A stretch of DNA of 64,000 nt from positions 14,384,001 through 14,448,000 of the forward strand of contig NC_135808.1 of the NCBI RefSeq assembly GCF_964213995.1, read 5' to 3'. The notes under the pieces are model-generated. The model ran no database searches and was not told the DNA's origin. It was given only the letters and a program-made list of their open reading frames with translations. Below are positions 62,605 through 64,000 of the stretch, piece by piece (positions within the stretch are counted from its first letter, which is position 1; every line of letters starts with the position of its first letter). The position numbers and the translations under genes were made by a program. Source of the stretch: Mustelus asterias (taxonomy: Eukaryota).

Positions 62605-62810
62605 CAATGTGGCACAATGTTTAACACTACTGCCTCACATCGCCAGGGACCCAGGTTTGATTCCTGGCTTGGGTCATTCTCTGTGCACGGTGTTTACATT
62701 CTCCCCATGTCCGTGTGGGTATCCTCCCCCAGTCCGAAAGACGTACTGGTTAGGTGCTTTGGCCATGCCCGAAGAGGCGCTGGAGTGTGACGATTCGGGG
62801 ATTTTCTGCA
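62605..62810 (+). mobile_element. Decayed V-SINE
   Basis: gtggcacaatgtttaacactactgcctcac head and partial V-domain. Confidence 0.75.
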
Positions 62811-62959
62811 AACTGTGGCCTCAAAGCTCCACCCACTAGGATATTCTGAAGACAGGTAGTGCGAGAACCAACAAGAGGGCAGAACCTAATTGATATTGTG
62901 CCCCCAATTTATCTGCTGCAAATGCATGTTTGCATGACTAAACGACTGATGCATGTAAA

Positions 62960-64000
62960 AATAATACAGCACTTATCACGAGGGATTTAAATCACATATC
63001 AATTGGTCAAACCAGGTCGGTCAAGGCAGCCTTGAGGAGGAGTTCTTAGAATGTATCTGCGATAGCTTCCTTGAACAGTATGTAATATAATCTACGAGGA
63101 AGCAAGCTATCCTAGATCTGGTCCTGTGTAGTGAGACAGGAATAATTAATGATCTTGCAGTCAGGACTCCTCTCGAAAGAAGCGATCACAGTATGGTTGA
63201 ATTTAAAATACAGATGGAGCGTGAGAAGGTAAAATCCAATACCAGTGTATTGGATTTTACCAATACATTTAAACAAAGTGCTTAAACAAAGGAGACTACA
63301 AAGGGATGAGCGAGGCGTTGGCTAAGGTAGACTGGGAGCAAAAACTTTATGGTGGGACATTTGAGGAACAGTGGAGGACTTTCAAAGCGATCTTTCACAG
63401 TGCTCAGCAAACTTATATGCCAGCTATAAGGAAGGACTGTAGAACAATAGATAATCAGCCATGTATATCTAAGGAAATGAAAGAGGGTATCAAATTCAAA
63501 GAAAATGCATACAAAGTGGCAAAGATTAGTGGGAACCTAGAGGATTGGGAAATCTTCAAAGGTCAACAGAAAGCCACGAAAAAAGCTATAAAGAAAGGTA
63601 AGATGGATTATGAGAGTAAACTAGCTCAGAATATAAAAATAAGATAGCAAAGGTTTCTACACATATCTAAAACGAAAAAAGAGTGGCTAAAGTAAACATT
63701 GGTCCTTTAGAGGATGAAGAGGGGAATGTAATAACTGGAAATGAGAAAGTGGCTGAGGCATTGAACAGGTATTTTGTGTTGGCCTTCACAATGGAAGACA
63801 CAAATCACATGCCAAAAATTGATGACAGGAAGGCTATGGCAGGTGAGGACCTAGAAACCACCATTATCACGAAATAGATAGTGTTGGGCAAGTTAATGGG
63901 GCTAAAGGTAGACAAGTCTCTTGGTCTTGATGGAATACATCCCAGGGTACTAAAAGAGATGGCGGGAGAAATAGCAAATGCACAAATGGTAATTTACCAA
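62960..64000 (+). mobile_element. Decayed CR1 ORF2 (endonuclease end and linker), runs off the window
   Basis: ILDLVL, SDHSMVEF, LNRYF and DGIHPRVLKE motifs. Confidence 0.88.

Overview
Eukaryotic, repeat-rich genomic DNA, almost certainly from a cartilaginous fish (HE1/V-SINEs, HER1/CR1-type LINEs, shark-type Penelope and Harbinger elements). All long ORFs in the track are transposon-derived or artefacts of N-gaps. The main signal is missing from the ORF track: a + strand gene made of microexons. Across ~1-32 kb, seven diverged copies of a ~2.8 kb unit each carry a 36-nt exon (A), and six of them also a 33-nt exon (B), all with AG/GT ends. In phase 1 these encode a 23-aa repeat (consensus [23 protein letters not shown]) resembling the 23-aa neck repeat of DC-SIGN/CD209. 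Five unique microexons (24, 27, 27, 48, 27 nt) continue the same frame ([51 protein letters not shown]), followed by a candidate terminal exon at 47099. The 5' end of the gene lies outside the window. Other content: a near-complete CR1 LINE with a UUUAAAC slippery site at the ORF1/ORF2 junction; Penelope insertions with inverted structure, 12-bp TSDs and minimal hammerhead ribozymes; a solo LTR; a Gypsy pol remnant co-amplified with the exon unit; and a Harbinger transposon interrupted in frame by a CR1. Exon calls were made by eye and have no transcript support.
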